A stretch of 64,000 nucleotides of DNA from Marsupella aquatica (taxonomy: Eukaryota; Plantae; Marchantiophyta), in assembly GCA_973895155.1 (NCBI GenBank), contig OZ316897.1, positions 21,427,455 through 21,491,454 of the forward strand, read 5' to 3'. The position numbers and the translations under genes are program-made. Positions 1 through 13,103 of the stretch are shown here, piece after piece. The stretch's first letter is position 1, and each line of letters starts with the position of its first letter. The notes below the pieces were generated by a model. That model was given only the letters and a program-made list of their open reading frames with translations, was not told the origin of the DNA and did no database searches.

Positions 1-1200
1 TATGCAGCAACGAGCATCAACACTGCCGGGGATGCGAAGCACGAGCATCCACACTGCTGGAGATGCGAAGCACGACCCTTTGAATACTGTCACTTAACGA
101 GTTCGGGGACTCAATCTCCGCAGACCGGCCTGCACAAAACAAATTATATATCTCTTTAAAACAAAAAGGTTCAGACATCTTCCGCCGATGCACTGGATTC
201 ACTGTAAAACTGACAAGAACTTCCTTGAAGACAACAAAGTGCAGACGTACTTCTTCCGCCGATGCACTGGACTCACTATGAAACTGACAAGAATACCTTG
301 AAGTCGAAGGGAGAGGGCCGAAGTTGGATTCAGAGCTTCCGCCGACGAGTATGCAGCAACGAGCATCCACACTGCTGGGGATGCTAAGCAAGACCCTTTG
401 AATACTGTCACTTAACGAGTTCGGGGACTCAATCTCCGCAGTCCGGCCTGCACAAAACAAACAATATATCTCTTTAAAACAAAAAGGTTCAGACATACTT
501 CCGCCGATGCACTGGACTCAGGACTCAAATCTCGGCAGACCGGCCTGCACAAAACAAACAATGTATCTCTTTAAAACAAAGAACTCAATCTCCGCAGTCC
601 GGCCTGCACAAAACAAACAATATATCTCTTTAAAACAAAAAGGTTCAGACATACTTCCGCCGATGCACTGGACTCAGGACTCAAATCTCGGCAGACCGGC
701 CTGCACAAAACAAACAATGTATCTCTTTAAAACAAAGAAGTTCAGACATACTTCCGCCGATGCACTGGACTCAGGACTCAATCTCCGCAAACGTGCCTGC
801 ACAAAACAAACAATGTATCTCTTTAAAACAAAAAAGTTCATACATACTTCCGCCGATGCACTGGACTCACTGTGAAACTGACAAGAATTTACTTGAAGAC
901 AACAAAGTGCAGACATACTTCCGCCGATGCACTGCACTCACTATGAAACTGACAAGAATTCTGAAGGCAAAGGGGGAGGGCCGATGTTGGATTCACAGCT
1001 TCCGCCGACGAGTATGCAGCAACTAGCATCCACACTGCTAGGGATGCGAAACACACGACCCTTTCAATACTCACCTAACGAGTTTAGGGACTCGATCTCC
1101 GCAGACCAGCTAAGGCGATAGAGAGAGTGGTATTCACCCTTTAAATACTGTCACCTAACGAGTTTGGGGACTCGATCTACACAGACCAGCTAAGACGATC
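1..1200. repeat. Complex modular tandem array (copy 1), continues off the left edge
   Basis: Repeated modules CTGCACAAAACAAACAATGTATCTCTTTAAAAC, GTTCAGACATACTTCCGCCGATGCACTGGACTCA and GCAACGAGCATCCACACTGCTGGGGATGC...GGGGACTCAATCTCCGCAGACC in shuffled order; same modules at 14630-16240. Confidence 0.95.
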
Positions 1201-1592
1201 GAGAGAGTGGGATTCATGAGAAGATATGATAGAATAGAATAGAATAGAATAGAATAGAATAGAATAGATCGTCAGATTCGATTAATTGGAGGGTGACGAT
1301 GGATCGAGCACCCCTATTTTTTGTGGGTAGTGGAGGGTGACGGCCCATCCAGTACGCCAGCTCTCTGGGTTTGTTGTTTGGGGACGTGGCTTCAGCCGGG
1401 GCTTCAGCCAACTGTGTGCAGTGAAAATTACACGCGGAATTATTTGTTTTAGTAAAGAATTCGTAGCCGGGGTTGCCGTAGCCCCTCCGACCTGATAGAG
1501 CCATTTAAAAAAGTAAAATATAACGCCAGGGTGACCACTGCCACTTCTACTGTACATGATAGCGACTTCACTTGGTCAGACTAATGTGCGTT
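1170..1592 (-). promoter_or_regulatory. Conserved non-repetitive module capping the array; putative promoter facing the array
   Basis: Closely similar to 16230-16618 (e.g. CCAGTACGCCAGCT.TCTGGGTTTGTTGTTTGGGGACGTGGCTTCAGC); diverged copy at 18660-18862. The duplication is directly visible, the promoter role is inferred. Confidence 0.4.
1229..1268. repeat. (AGAAT)n pentanucleotide microsatellite
   Basis: About 7-8 copies of ATAGA/AGAAT; the paralogous site near 16295 is unexpanded. Confidence 0.95.
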
Positions 1593-1629
1593 GTGATTTT
1601 ATTAAAAAAAATATCAAGACTGATGATGG

Positions 1630-4600
1630 TGTTAAGGGGTAATGTGAACATGCACTAAACATATTCATGTTACTTCATATGTTAAGGGGTAAATAATGTG
1701 AACATGCACTAAACATATTCATGTTACTTCATATGCAGAGGCTTACACCAGAGCATTGAAAGGAATGATGGATGGTTTGAAGGGAGAGATGGAGATAGTT
1801 TGTAAATCTCATGTCTGATGAATTTGAAACTGCAGTTCATTAGCATTCCATACGATTGCAGTTGAATTTCATTCAATGAATTCTCTCATCCTGTCTCTTA
1901 TGAGCCAACTGAACTTGCATTTCATAAGTTTAATATATTGTCCTCCACCTCCTAAATCTTGGTATCCTCATTTCCAAAAGAAACTAGTAAGAGGAGAATT
2001 TCCACTGTCCTCAATCTGTTTTAAGAAGAAAGAAATTGTCTTCTTAGTAAGCTAGTTGATTAGGCTAACTTTGTTTCAGTAGTTTATTCCATATGGCTAC
2101 TCCTACTTCCAACCTTAACAGGGCCTATGTGATGGAGAAGTTAAATGGATAATTGAACTATTCAATCTGGAAGATTAAGTTGGAAATGTTACTAATTTGA
2201 CAAGATCTTTTATCAGTTGTTGATGGCAGGCTTCCTAATCCAGGGCCTGCTAATCCAATACTTGGGGGGTTGATTATCAAAAATCTTAGGAACCATATGC
2301 AATCCAAAATAGATATTTTTAATAGAAATTAACTAAATTTTTTAAAAGCCCCGTAAAAAGCATAAGAGACAAAAGAAAGTATTATAATCTCATGTTTATA
2401 GAATATTCTCTAATATATATCTTTTATAAAGTAAAATATGTTATTAATGTTGAAAATGGAGAATATTCTTGGAATGTTTTCTTTATAAAATAGGTCTATT
2501 TATATTAGGCTAGGATCGCACGTGATACCCCAAAATATACACTTAGTTAACCCCCCAAGATCCAATAGCTTTAGCGGAATGGAAAACAAAAGATGCTAAG
2601 GCAAGAGTTGACCTGATTCTTCATTGCGCTTTGTTCCTTAGCAGCTTTGAAAGAGATTTGGGATAAGCTGAAGGCAACCTACGAGTTGTCTGATTTGTCG
2701 GCTCAAGTCGCTATTCATTGGTAACTTTTACAACTCTCTCTACTTGAAGGTAATTTAGTACTTGACTTCATAGAAGAGTTTCAAGGCCTGGTTGACAAGC
2801 TAGGCTACAGTTGCTGGTCTTACAATTCCTGACAACCAGTTAATCATTCTACTTCTGGGAGCATTACCCGAGACGTGGAGGTCATTCATCTCCATTCATC
2901 TCCATTCAATCAAATCAAACCGGTCTTACTTTCTCTGTACTTCTTGCTAAAATTCTTCAAGAAAATGCAATGCAAACTCATCATGGTTCCAAGGGTAAAT
3001 CTGACTCTCGAACCAATATATGGTGCATTGATTGATGTGGAGAAGTACAAAGGTAAACCCAAATCCAAGGGTAAAACTGGAAATTCACATCCCAGTTCTT
3101 CAAATGATGGCAAATACAAAGAGCTTACATGCCATTATTGTTTAAAGAAAGGTTTTATTGCTCCAGATTGTTGCAGCAGAGCAAAAGACCGTACTGCTGG
3201 TATTTTTTGATCAGCAAAGCCACCATCAACTCAATTTGCTGATAGTACTCCAAAGGTGCAATTGGTTATCGCTACCACATATTCAACGGTTCCAAGTCCC
3301 TATGATTTTGGTATCACGTGGTTTAATTTTTTGATTCGGGGGCCACTTGACATATGACTCCACATACACAATGGTTTCACCAATATGAAACATTGCCTCA
3401 CACTCTTGTGGTTTCCATGGCCGACAATTTTGTACAATTGGCCATTGGTGTTCCGGGTCCGTTCAGGGTCCGTTACCACAATCTCTAATGTGCTTCACGT
3501 ACCTAAGATCGAGAAAAAATTGTTGTCGGTCTTAGAAGCCACCAGGAGCAGTCATGGCAGCATTGAATTTTTCCCTGGACATTGCTTGTTAAAAGGACTT
3601 GATCATACTGGCTCTCTTATTCAACTTAAATGTTGTCAAGTTGGTAGTCTTTACCCTTTGGGTGTTGGCTATCTCAATCTTCAAAACATTTGGAAAGTAA
3701 TGCTCTTAAATCACACCCAGGGTCACGCCATTTCTAAAGACTGATCGACGCTCTTTGCTGGCATCATCAACCGGGTCATCGACTTGGCCATTTGCACTTT
3801 GGTACGATTAAAATCATGCAAGTTACACACAACGCAGTTACTGGAATTTCAAGTTCCAAGTTTGACAACATCCCTCTGACTTTGTGAGGGATGTATTTCT
3901 GGAAAACAGCAGAAAAATCCATTTCCATCTGGTCCAAGTAAAAGAGCTGGTTCTTTGCTAGGACTTGTTCACATCGACCTGTGTGGTCCTATGCAAGTTC
4001 TTTCCTTGGGAGCCTGATGAAGGTATTTCTTAACCTTCATTGACGGTCACTCACATTGGTATACTTATGTTAACTTTCTCAAACAAAAATCTGAAGTATT
4101 TAGAAAATTTCAGATATATGAGGTGTTAGTTGAAAATCAACTTGGCCTTTCTATAAAGGTAATTTGGGGAGACAATGGTGGAGAGTACATCTCTCAATCT
4201 GAGTTCACTATTTTCTGTCAAAAACATGCATGGCATAGCACAACAGCTTCCCATACTTGGGACCCCATAGTAAAATGAGTTGCAGAGCGCAAAAACCAGA
4301 CCTTGGTTAACTCAACTTGCAACATCATTCAGGCTGCTCAGCTTCCAAATTCTTTTTGGGTTGCAAAAGCTGTATGGGAAGGTGTAGCTATTGCATGTTA
4401 TCTTCACAATCATAGCTTCACTTTTGCCTTGGAGAATAATTATGTCACTCCTTATGAGTTATGGACTGGTGGCACCAAACCAGATTTCAAGTATGGCAGG
4501 ATCGGGGTCAGGATCTTTGGGTGTCCGGCTTATCAACATGTTCCAAAAGAAAAGAGGCAAAAGTTGGATGCTAAAACCAATAAATGTGTGTTTATTAATT

Positions 4601-6836
4601 GGTTATGGAGAGGATATTGGCTTTAAGGGCTATTTACTATAATTATGACCCCATTACACGACAGTTCATTTTTAGCCATAATGTGGTTTTCCATGAGGAC
4701 CACATCCTTGGGTTACATCTTGGACGTTCTTCCTCTTCTAAGTCTTCAGAATTTGATTCTACTAGTGTTGACAACCTCGTTGATCGTGCACTGATGAATT
4801 CTTAGGCAGACTATCATCAACAACTGCACCACCAGCTCAACTGGCAGTTCTTATCCCTGTTCCACTTCCAAGACCAATTGTGTTACAAGGGCCTATCACT
4901 CCTGATCCACAAATTCCATCAGATTTGGCAGATTGTTCGGACTCATCATCGGATAATACTATTTAATAACCATTCACGCGAGGATGTTCTTGAATCCCTT
5001 CTTCAAGATCCTTTTGATATTGATACTGCTACGTCAGAAAGAACTCCTCGTCGACTGTCCTCACGTATAACTAAAGGAACTCTACTTGCAAGGTACAGTA
5101 CTTCAAATCTAGTTCATGTTCAAAACATATATGCCTTAGCAGTGGCACAATCTTCAGAGCCTTCATCCTTATCAAAAGGGTTGACATCTCTTGATGCTGA
5201 TAAATGGCAGCAAGCCATTGAGGCTGAGTATGGATCACTCATGCAAAACCAAACATGGGAACTACAAGATCTTCCTCCTAGCAGGTGTGTGGTTTCTTGT
5301 AAAATAATGGATTTGTAGGAAGAAATTATACAATTCTGACAGAACCATTGCCTGATACAAAGCTCGACTTGTTGCACGCAGTTTTTCCCAAATTGAGGGA
5401 ATTAACTACCATGAAACTTTCTCGCCAGTAATACGCATGTCATCTTTACGGGTCATGTTGGCCTTGGCAGCTATCTTTGATCTTCACATGCATTCATCAG
5501 ATGGATGTCAATACGGCTTTTTTGTATGCACTTTTACCAGAAGAAGCATATATGTCACGTTTTCCTAAAAAGGTTTGTCGGCTTTTACACTCACTCTATG
5601 GCCTCAAGCAGTCACCTCGCTTGTGGTTTGAACGTTTCAACAATTATTTGCTAGAAGTTGGCTTTGTTCCTTGTCTTGAAGCTAACAATAATGTTTATAT
5701 CAAGCACCAAAACAGCAGTTTTGCCATCCTTGAATTGGTTTGTATGCTTATGACTGAATCATACTTTCCAATAGTTTGCCTTTCCTTAATCAAATTAACC
5801 ATAATTTGTCTATTACGTTTGAAATGACTGACAATGGGGAAACAGAGTACTGTTTAGGCATTCAGGTCAAACACCATAGACCATTTGAAACCATTACTCT
5901 ATCTCAAAGCAAATATATTCAAGATATTCTTACCAGGTTTAACATGCTTGATTGCAAGCCAATTGATACCCCTATGCCAGCAAATACACGCCTTACCAAG
6001 AGCATGAGTCCAACAACTCCTCAAGAGATCAGTCAAATGAAAAACATTTCCATATGCCAATGCTTTAGGATGCATATTGTATGTTGCAACTAGTACGCAT
6101 TCAGATATTTCCTTTGCTACTAGTCATGCAACGCAACTAGTATATGTCCAATCTTGGTCCTTTACATTGGGCTGCAGTTAAGCACATTCTTAGAATGATA
6201 CTTAAAGCGGGACTTAAAGAGGACACATGACCTTGGGCTCACTTATCAAGGAAGGAGTACTAGCAAACTTCAAGGTTGGACAGACTCCGACTGGGGTAGT
6301 GACACCGGCTCCCAAAAATCTGTCACAGGGTTTTCCTTTCAACTGGGCGGGGGTGCTGTATCCTGGCATAGCAAGAAGCAGCCCACCATTGCTCTATCTT
6401 CTATCGAAGCAGAGTTTATGGCTGGATCTTCTTGTGCAAAAGAGGCAATCTGGTTACGTTGGCTTGTGCAAGGCGTAGGCTTTTTCACAATCTGTTCCTA
6501 TCCAAATCTTCAGTGACAATCAATCATGCATATCTCTTGCCAAGAACCTGAGTAGATTCTACAACAGATCTAAGTATATAGATCTTAGATTCAAGTTAGC
6601 ACAAAAGAAATCATTTTGGACTATGTTCCTACAAGCCAAATGATTGCAGATGTCTTAACTAAAGCCCTTCCTAAACCAAAACATGAGTATTGCACTCATG
6701 GTCTAGATATTAGATTACCTTAGTTAGTGTAGGTTCACATTAGGTGGGGGGGGGGGGGGTGTCAAGGGGTAATGTGAACATGCACTAAGCATATTCATGT
6801 TACTTCATATGTTAAAGGGTAATGTGAACATGCACT
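1630..6836 (+). mobile_element. Degenerate Ty1/copia LTR retrotransposon
   Basis: 5' LTR starts TGTTAAGGGG at 1630; gag from ~2092 (EKLNG..NYSIWK); Zn knuckle CHYCLKKGFIAPDC; protease DSGAT-HM ~3333; integrase LVHIDLCGP ~3964; RT ([22 protein letters not shown]); RNase H (TDSDW ~6280). G-rich PPT 6742-6759, then a 3' LTR from 6760 matching the 5' LTR for only ~77 bp. Many stops and frameshifts. Confidence 0.95.
2261..2559. mobile_element. 299-bp MITE inserted in the copia gag
   Basis: TIR CTTGGGGGGTT / AACCCCCCAAG; 8-bp TSD ATCCAATA at 2253-2260 and 2560-2567; AT-rich interior; removal restores gag reading NPI-ALAEWKTKDAKARVDLILH. Confidence 0.92.
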
Positions 6837-7399
6837 ATCTATCCCTTTCTGATTCTGGTGTGAAAGGGATCGATAAGATCAGCTTTAGTGCTATCAACAA
6901 TCTTCACAGTTGTCTAAACTGAAATTGAAATTCAGTATTGGATGAGATTTCTGAGATGTCTATAATTGGTTTAATTAATAGCAAAATCATTTTTATTCAT
7001 GACATAACACAAAATATAACCTAGGAGCAAAAAATAACACTTTGCAGCAGTAGAGTGCGGTATTCATCCATGTCATACATCATTATTATCCCTCACAACA
7101 CAAGTTTTTGCATACTTCATTATAGAATGGTATCAATTGGATGGAGTGACACTTACTATCTATGGTTATCTATCATGATTGTGAAATTGTGAATACAAAG
7201 GAAGGAAGGAATGCTTGCAATTGACTCAGATAGTTTAATTGCCCACTCAGAGTAAAGTTGATACAAGTATCCTAGTTTAAAATAATAGAGAACAAAATTA
7301 AGCCGAGACACCTTCTACTCAATCCTCCCATTTCAATTGGGTGATCTACATCAACCTACCTCCCATCTATTTACCTCCCATCTATTTACGATGGTGAAT

Positions 7400-10330
7400 C
7401 TAGTGCTCTTTCTAAAATTGACAATCTTCCAAAATTTGATGGAACTAAATCTGGAGGTTCGGGATGAATTTGTTTCTGTCCGCTGAAGAATCAGTTGGAA
7501 TTGTTGATGTAACAATCCCCAAGCCCACAACGTCTGCTGCTCCAGCAACTGGACCCGGAAGTATCGAAGAATGGGTTACCAATGATCGAATTGCATTATC
7601 ATTCATTGCGAATCGTTCATTGACAATTTGCAAGTGCATCACCTCCGCGATCACATCAGCTCAGTGACGAATTCTGCTGAAGCCTGGACTAAGCAGTAAC
7701 CAAGATGTACCTATAGGATGAGTTACAAAACTCTCAAGATGAAAGAACGGGAGAGCGTGACCAAAAATGTTCACAATTTCCGCACCTTAAGTGATCAACT
7801 CTCTTCAGCTGGAGTGATCTGTGCCTAATAATTATCGCAATGGTTGAGTTCTTTGCGACGTCAAATTAATTTATCACTCCATGAAGTAATAACTTATCTC
7901 CTTTAAGAGAAGATGATGAAGTCACAGACCAAATATTAAACCCACAATAGCGCTCTTTGGTAGAGGCATTGACTCTCCACCAAACAAACCCTCCAAGCTA
8001 GGCAAGGCGATTACCTACAGCGTGGTAATGGTAGTGGACAAATTTCTTCCAGAGGTGTAGGCCCTTCTAAGCCAATGTTTCCTCCCAATCCTTTTAGGAG
8101 AGAAGAATCGTCTTCTACTACTGATTGGCCTTCTCCGTCATCATTTAGTAATTATTCAGACTAATTACAAGAAGATGAAGTGCAAGATCGAAGAAGATGA
8201 AGAGAATTTCTGACCAACAAAATTCAGCAAAAGGTCTGAATTCTCAAAATATTGATTTCTACTTCTCCTCTTACCGTTTGCTGTTGCATATTCGGTCAAG
8301 GATTCTGGAAATCTAGATATTTCATGGTATCTGGACTCTAGAGCAAGTTCTCACCACATGTCTCATTCTGGTGAAAATTTCACAAACTACACTCTGCTAT
8401 ACAGATTCACAGTTTGTTTACCTCGGAGACAACTCCACTCAAAAGATCCAGGGCATTGGCCAAGTTACTATCCTTCTTTCCAAGGCCACCATTTATATAT
8501 ACCATCTCTAATGTCGTGCACATTCCAGGACTTAAGAAGAATTTGTTTTTTCTTAAACACCTGAATGCTGCAAATAACTCTGCACTCATCGAGCAAGGAC
8601 ACTGTGTTTTGCACGATCCTCAAGGAGCAGTTATAACTAGAAGACTAGTTATCGGATAAGAGATTTATACAAACTAGGTGAAACTATTTTGCCTTCACCC
8701 GTCATTGCTGCCTAAGGTAACTTTTCTAATCTTCTGACCTCTGGCACGGCACAATCATTTCGGACACATTAGTACTGCACGGATTTCTCAATTGCAATCC
8801 CAGAAAATGGCTGATAGGTTTACTAATCACCATTCTTCTCATGACTCTTCTTGCACTAAGTACGTCTGTTTGGCAAACAGACTAGAAATCCTTTCCCAAC
8901 ACTCCTGCTCACCGAGCCATAGGTATATTGGGATTCATTCATACAGAAATTTGTGGCCCTATCTGTTCACCTACTCACTCGGGGATTTTGTTACTTCATT
9001 TTATTCATAGCCTATTTTTCTCGTTATAACATAGTTCATCTTAATTTTCATGAATAAGTCGGACGCTCTTCCACAATTTCCTCAATTTGTGACAACAGTG
9101 GATCGGAGACCCTGTATCAACCTCATCAAATAAAAATGCTGCGTTCTGATAATGGAGGAGAATACCCGTCTTCAGGCTTCAACGACTTTTCCACGCTGTA
9201 TGGATCCTCATGAATGCTGTTCGTTCAATGTTGACCCAATCATCTCTTCCAAAGACGTACTGGGCTGAAGCTTTTCTCATCGTCACCTATTTTCGTACAT
9301 AAAAGATTACCTGGCAAAGCCTTGCCACGTACCATCAAAAACTCTATGAAATATATAATCATGGTTTTCTCATAAGCCATCTTTATCTCACGTTTCGAGT
9401 TTATGCAGCCGCCTTTGCAAAGATCACTGATCCTATCTCTAAGTTGGATTCTCACACTGATTAATGTATCTTTCTTGGTTATAGGGAGCAATTGAAGCTA
9501 AAGATCTATCGTCTTGAAAAAGAAAGTTAGGAATTAAATATTATACTTTCCCGAGATATTATTGTACTTGAAGATGAAGTTGGCTCTGTAATCTAAGGTT
9601 CTTCAACTGTTCCTTCATTAGTTGAACGAAGAGCTAACCTCCAGTCATACCCTACATTTTTCAATTCTTCTCCGATTTTAATCACTCGGTTATCTCTCCT
9701 CCATCCTCATCTGCTCCATCCTCTGCAAGAACATCATCAATCGAGCTTTATTTCCAATGTCTCCTTCTATTCCTATCAATTTATTTGATCACCGTCATTT
9801 TCTTGTTCTGGTGATGGTCGAACTTACCTTCATTATGAAAGGAGTTCAAAGCAAATCCTGAAATTGTCGTAGACGCGTATCACCAAGGAAGTTGAGCTTC
9901 TCAAATTGCATACAATAAATTGTCGTAGACGCGTATCACCAAGGAAGTTGAATGTTACTATGCTTTCCATGGAGTTTAAAACTTGCAGAAACAAAAAATG
10001 CAGGTTTTACTCTCATATTTCAGTTTATTTTTTGAACCCACAACTTAATTACAAACAAGCTACAACAGGAGTACCCGATGATCACCACTTGGAGAATTAA
10101 AGCAACTTCTGAGGAACTCCAAAATTTGGCTACTATGCTGGCCTAGAAGCTTGTCCCACTTCCTCCTAACCTGACTACATACTGTTGAAATCCACAAATA
10201 TGAAGCTTCACTCAAGTTCCTAAACATCGATTCTGAGGAAACGTTCTCACCCATAATTTAGCTCCAATCTCTTCGATTGTTCATAGATAAGTTAAGCTGA
10301 TTGCCTTAGCTGCTTATTTCAATCTTGAAC
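7400..10330 (+). mobile_element. Heavily decayed Ty1/copia internal region (second family)
   Basis: gag-like remnant ~7430-7900, protease WYLDS.ASSHHMS ~8325, ISNVVHIPGLKKNL, integrase IHTEICGP ~8935 and LRSDNGGEY ~9140, RT start (YEETFSP-like ~10235); no clear LTR pair. Confidence 0.8.
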
Positions 10331-11039
10331 TCCATTAGATGAACATCAGCTTGCGTTGGAAAATCCTTAGCTTTATTAACAGCTAGCTTGCACCATTACA
10401 ATCCCATAAGAATTTCCAAGCCACACCTAGCACCTGACCGCAAGAAGTGAACCAAGCGACCCAAGGCTACAATACATCATGATCGAGACACACAGACTAG
10501 AAAGCAAGAGCAAACGCAACCCAGGGTGGCCAATAGATCATGGAGATGGACAGATGAGTAAACTGATCGACCTGCCACAATGTCCGGCCTCAAATATGAA
10601 ATTGCAGAATCCAGTAACCAATGTAGCCAACAGACAGCGTGACCCATGCCACATGTGAACTTAACATGAGTAGAAGTTTGACATCATTAGATATATATTG
10701 CACGCAATGGTAGAATGTTAAATCAGCAAAGAAATCACAACAAATTTTATAGTTTTTACAATTGAATACATTCAAAACTACCACAACCTCTCAGGGGCTC
10801 ATATCTCATGCACCACCAATAATAGAAAACTTTGATTACCCTCACAAATGTTAAATTTGATAAGAAAATGGGTGAATACTTTATCAAAAATTAAATCTCA
10901 AATGAAAAATTTCTGAACAGAATCCTGTAAAGTCTAAACAAAACTGACTTTGGCCCTTTTTTACAGACAAAAGAGGCCATTATTGCAGAAGTCCAGTTCC
11001 TAAAAGAGTTACTGTCTATACTCTACATCAGTCGGATAA

Positions 11040-11390
11040 AGTACGCTCCCATACACAATGAAACACTTCCCAAGTACCGCAACTTGGTGATTGGTAATTG
11101 GACTCTCCATGATGTCGATTTGGTCAACTCTTCATCATGTCCGCTACTGTGGACCAGACATTGGCAGCGGGGTCATAACCTCGCAGACACGAAAAGATAT
11201 GCCGCAGTTGGAGCCTCCAAACACATAAATCTTGTTATCCAGGGCACCAGTATCAAATCTCATTCTACTTCTTTGCATGTTCGCACATCTGGTCCACGTT
11301 CTGTCCATCAGATCGAAAGAATCTTCTTGGCTGGCAAGCTTCGTGTCACTGTCTTCCTCACCTCACCTCTCAAGACATATTACCTTTCAA
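11040..11390 (-). pseudogene. Kelch-repeat gene remnant
   Basis: Minus strand reads GEEDSDTKLASQ..WTRCANMQRSRMRFDTGALDNKIYVFGG, colinear with the gene at 13104-14060; truncated and disrupted. Confidence 0.85.
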
Positions 11391-11469
11391 TGAGTTCATT
11401 CCGCACCTCCATCGTTGCTGAAGGGAAGGGTGCAGAGGCACCGAATAAATTAACAAGCACCATGGCGCC

Positions 11470-11900
11470 TTTACTGTCTGGACTCAATGCGAAACTGGAA
11501 CCAGAAAAGACCAAATACCTTTATTAAACCCAGACCTTGAAGACGAACTAAAACGCCCCGAGATCGATGAAGTCACACCTTCCGCTCAAACTGGACTCAC
11601 TGTGAAACTGGGTTGATCAACTACCTTGAATCCGGACCTTAAAGACGAACTGGAACTCTCGAAGATATATGCATACAAAAACCTTCCTTTCAGAATGTAC
11701 TGAATGTGAAATTAGAACCAGGCAATGGAACTCCCGAGATGTCACAGCTTAAGCTCAAAATTTTAGCAACGAGCATCCATATTACTAGCAACGTAAAACA
11801 CCTGACCCATTAATTTAAGTACGGTAACTTAACTTGTTCGAGGAGGCAATCTCCGCAGACCAGGTAGAGTGAAATGCTGGGAAGATGCATTAGATGCGAA
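11470..11900. repeat. Diverged low-copy relative of the modular array
   Basis: CTGGACTCACTGTGAAACTG (11591), ACCTTGAAGACGAA (11535), GCAACGAGCATCCA (11767) and CAATCTCCGCAGACCAG (11848) match array modules in the same order and orientation. Confidence 0.8.
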
Positions 11901-12722
11901 TGTCTAAGTCGAGGGTGAGTCGAACCAGTACGCTAGTCTTTCTGGTAAGTTTGGTTGGTGAGCTCTTTATGCTGTGTACTAACTGGCGCAAACCATCTTT
12001 AAAATAAAAAATAGATTTTCTGAAAAGATAGTCACCACTGTAGCCAAGAATGCGCCGAGAGTGCAAATATATAGGAAACGGAGATAAAGGCATGCAAGAA
12101 ATTGAACAATACACCAGTTCGTAAAGACGATCTAATTTACAAGAACATAAATAGACAATTGATAGCCCCGTGAATCTTGATGTGAGAGTTGTGACCTTAG
12201 AATCAATCGACGCTCTAGGTACAATCTCATTGCTCAGATGTACATATTGTTATATTGAAAGCTAGTTACATAATACACAATGAGCAGTCAAGCTTAGCAT
12301 GTCAAACTCAATACACCATGGAATGCCTGACATAGGCAATCCAATGACTGGCTATGGAAGTGGTAAAAACAACAATTCATTAGACTTTGTATTACATTCA
12401 AATTCGCAAATGTAGAAAACGTATAAGTTACCAAAATTACATGTGAAGTTAAATTTCAAACACAAATTAGATAAGATAGTTCAAAACAAGTATCATATAT
12501 TAATCTAAAGATAATACATATTTAACAAATAAAAGCAGAAATTTAAGAGCACGGGCCAATTTAGACAACAACTTACCTTGACATTCAAGGACAATGAATT
12601 TCGTTTGAGATTTATCATTGACATGGTATATAATGATTGAGCATACGCATCAGTCAATAGTTTCCAAGTGAACACCAGTTTACGATAGTATCCAACTGAG
12701 CACTAGTTTTAAATATCTCATA

Positions 12723-12902
12723 TCACATGCATGGGGTCACAACAATGCAAATTTAAACTCACAAATGCTCATCCATACATGCCAAAATTTTATCGAATTT
12801 TATTTGGAAGCTCACAGAACAAGGTCCAATACAGCCGGTCCAAAAGTCTGACCTAAGTTCTGCAAGCTTATTTCGACACGGTCCAGCCTGTAAAGCTTAT
12901 TC
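12723..12902. repeat. Dispersed ~180-bp repeat, copy 1 (likely TE fragment)
   Basis: Near-identical to 39470-39646 (ATCACATGCATGGGGTCACAACAATGCAAATTTAAACTCAC...GTAAAGCTTATTC). Confidence 0.9.
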
Positions 12903-13103
12903 AAAACTGACCGACTTAAAACTTTCGAATGCCCGTAAATGGAGTCTAAGAGAAGGTAAGAACATCTATGACCCTTCCTACTCACAAAAAAGATCCATTG
13001 CCTAAGTCTAGTCCCGAAATACCCCACTGTCTATTATTGTCAACTTGGTATTAGAAATTTGGCTTCTGAAAAGCTACGCTGTCATTGGGCCCAATGCATA
13101 CAC

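Noticed and set aside
17-1121. ORFs within the arrays (MSEPFCF..., MHWTQDS...)
   Set aside because: By-products of the repeat: frames and stops are not conserved between units and no domain is recognisable.
1-1200. CRISPR-like appearance of the repeats (also 14630-16240 and 46800-47115)
   Set aside because: Sequence between repeats is itself repeated rather than unique spacers; no cas genes; eukaryotic context.
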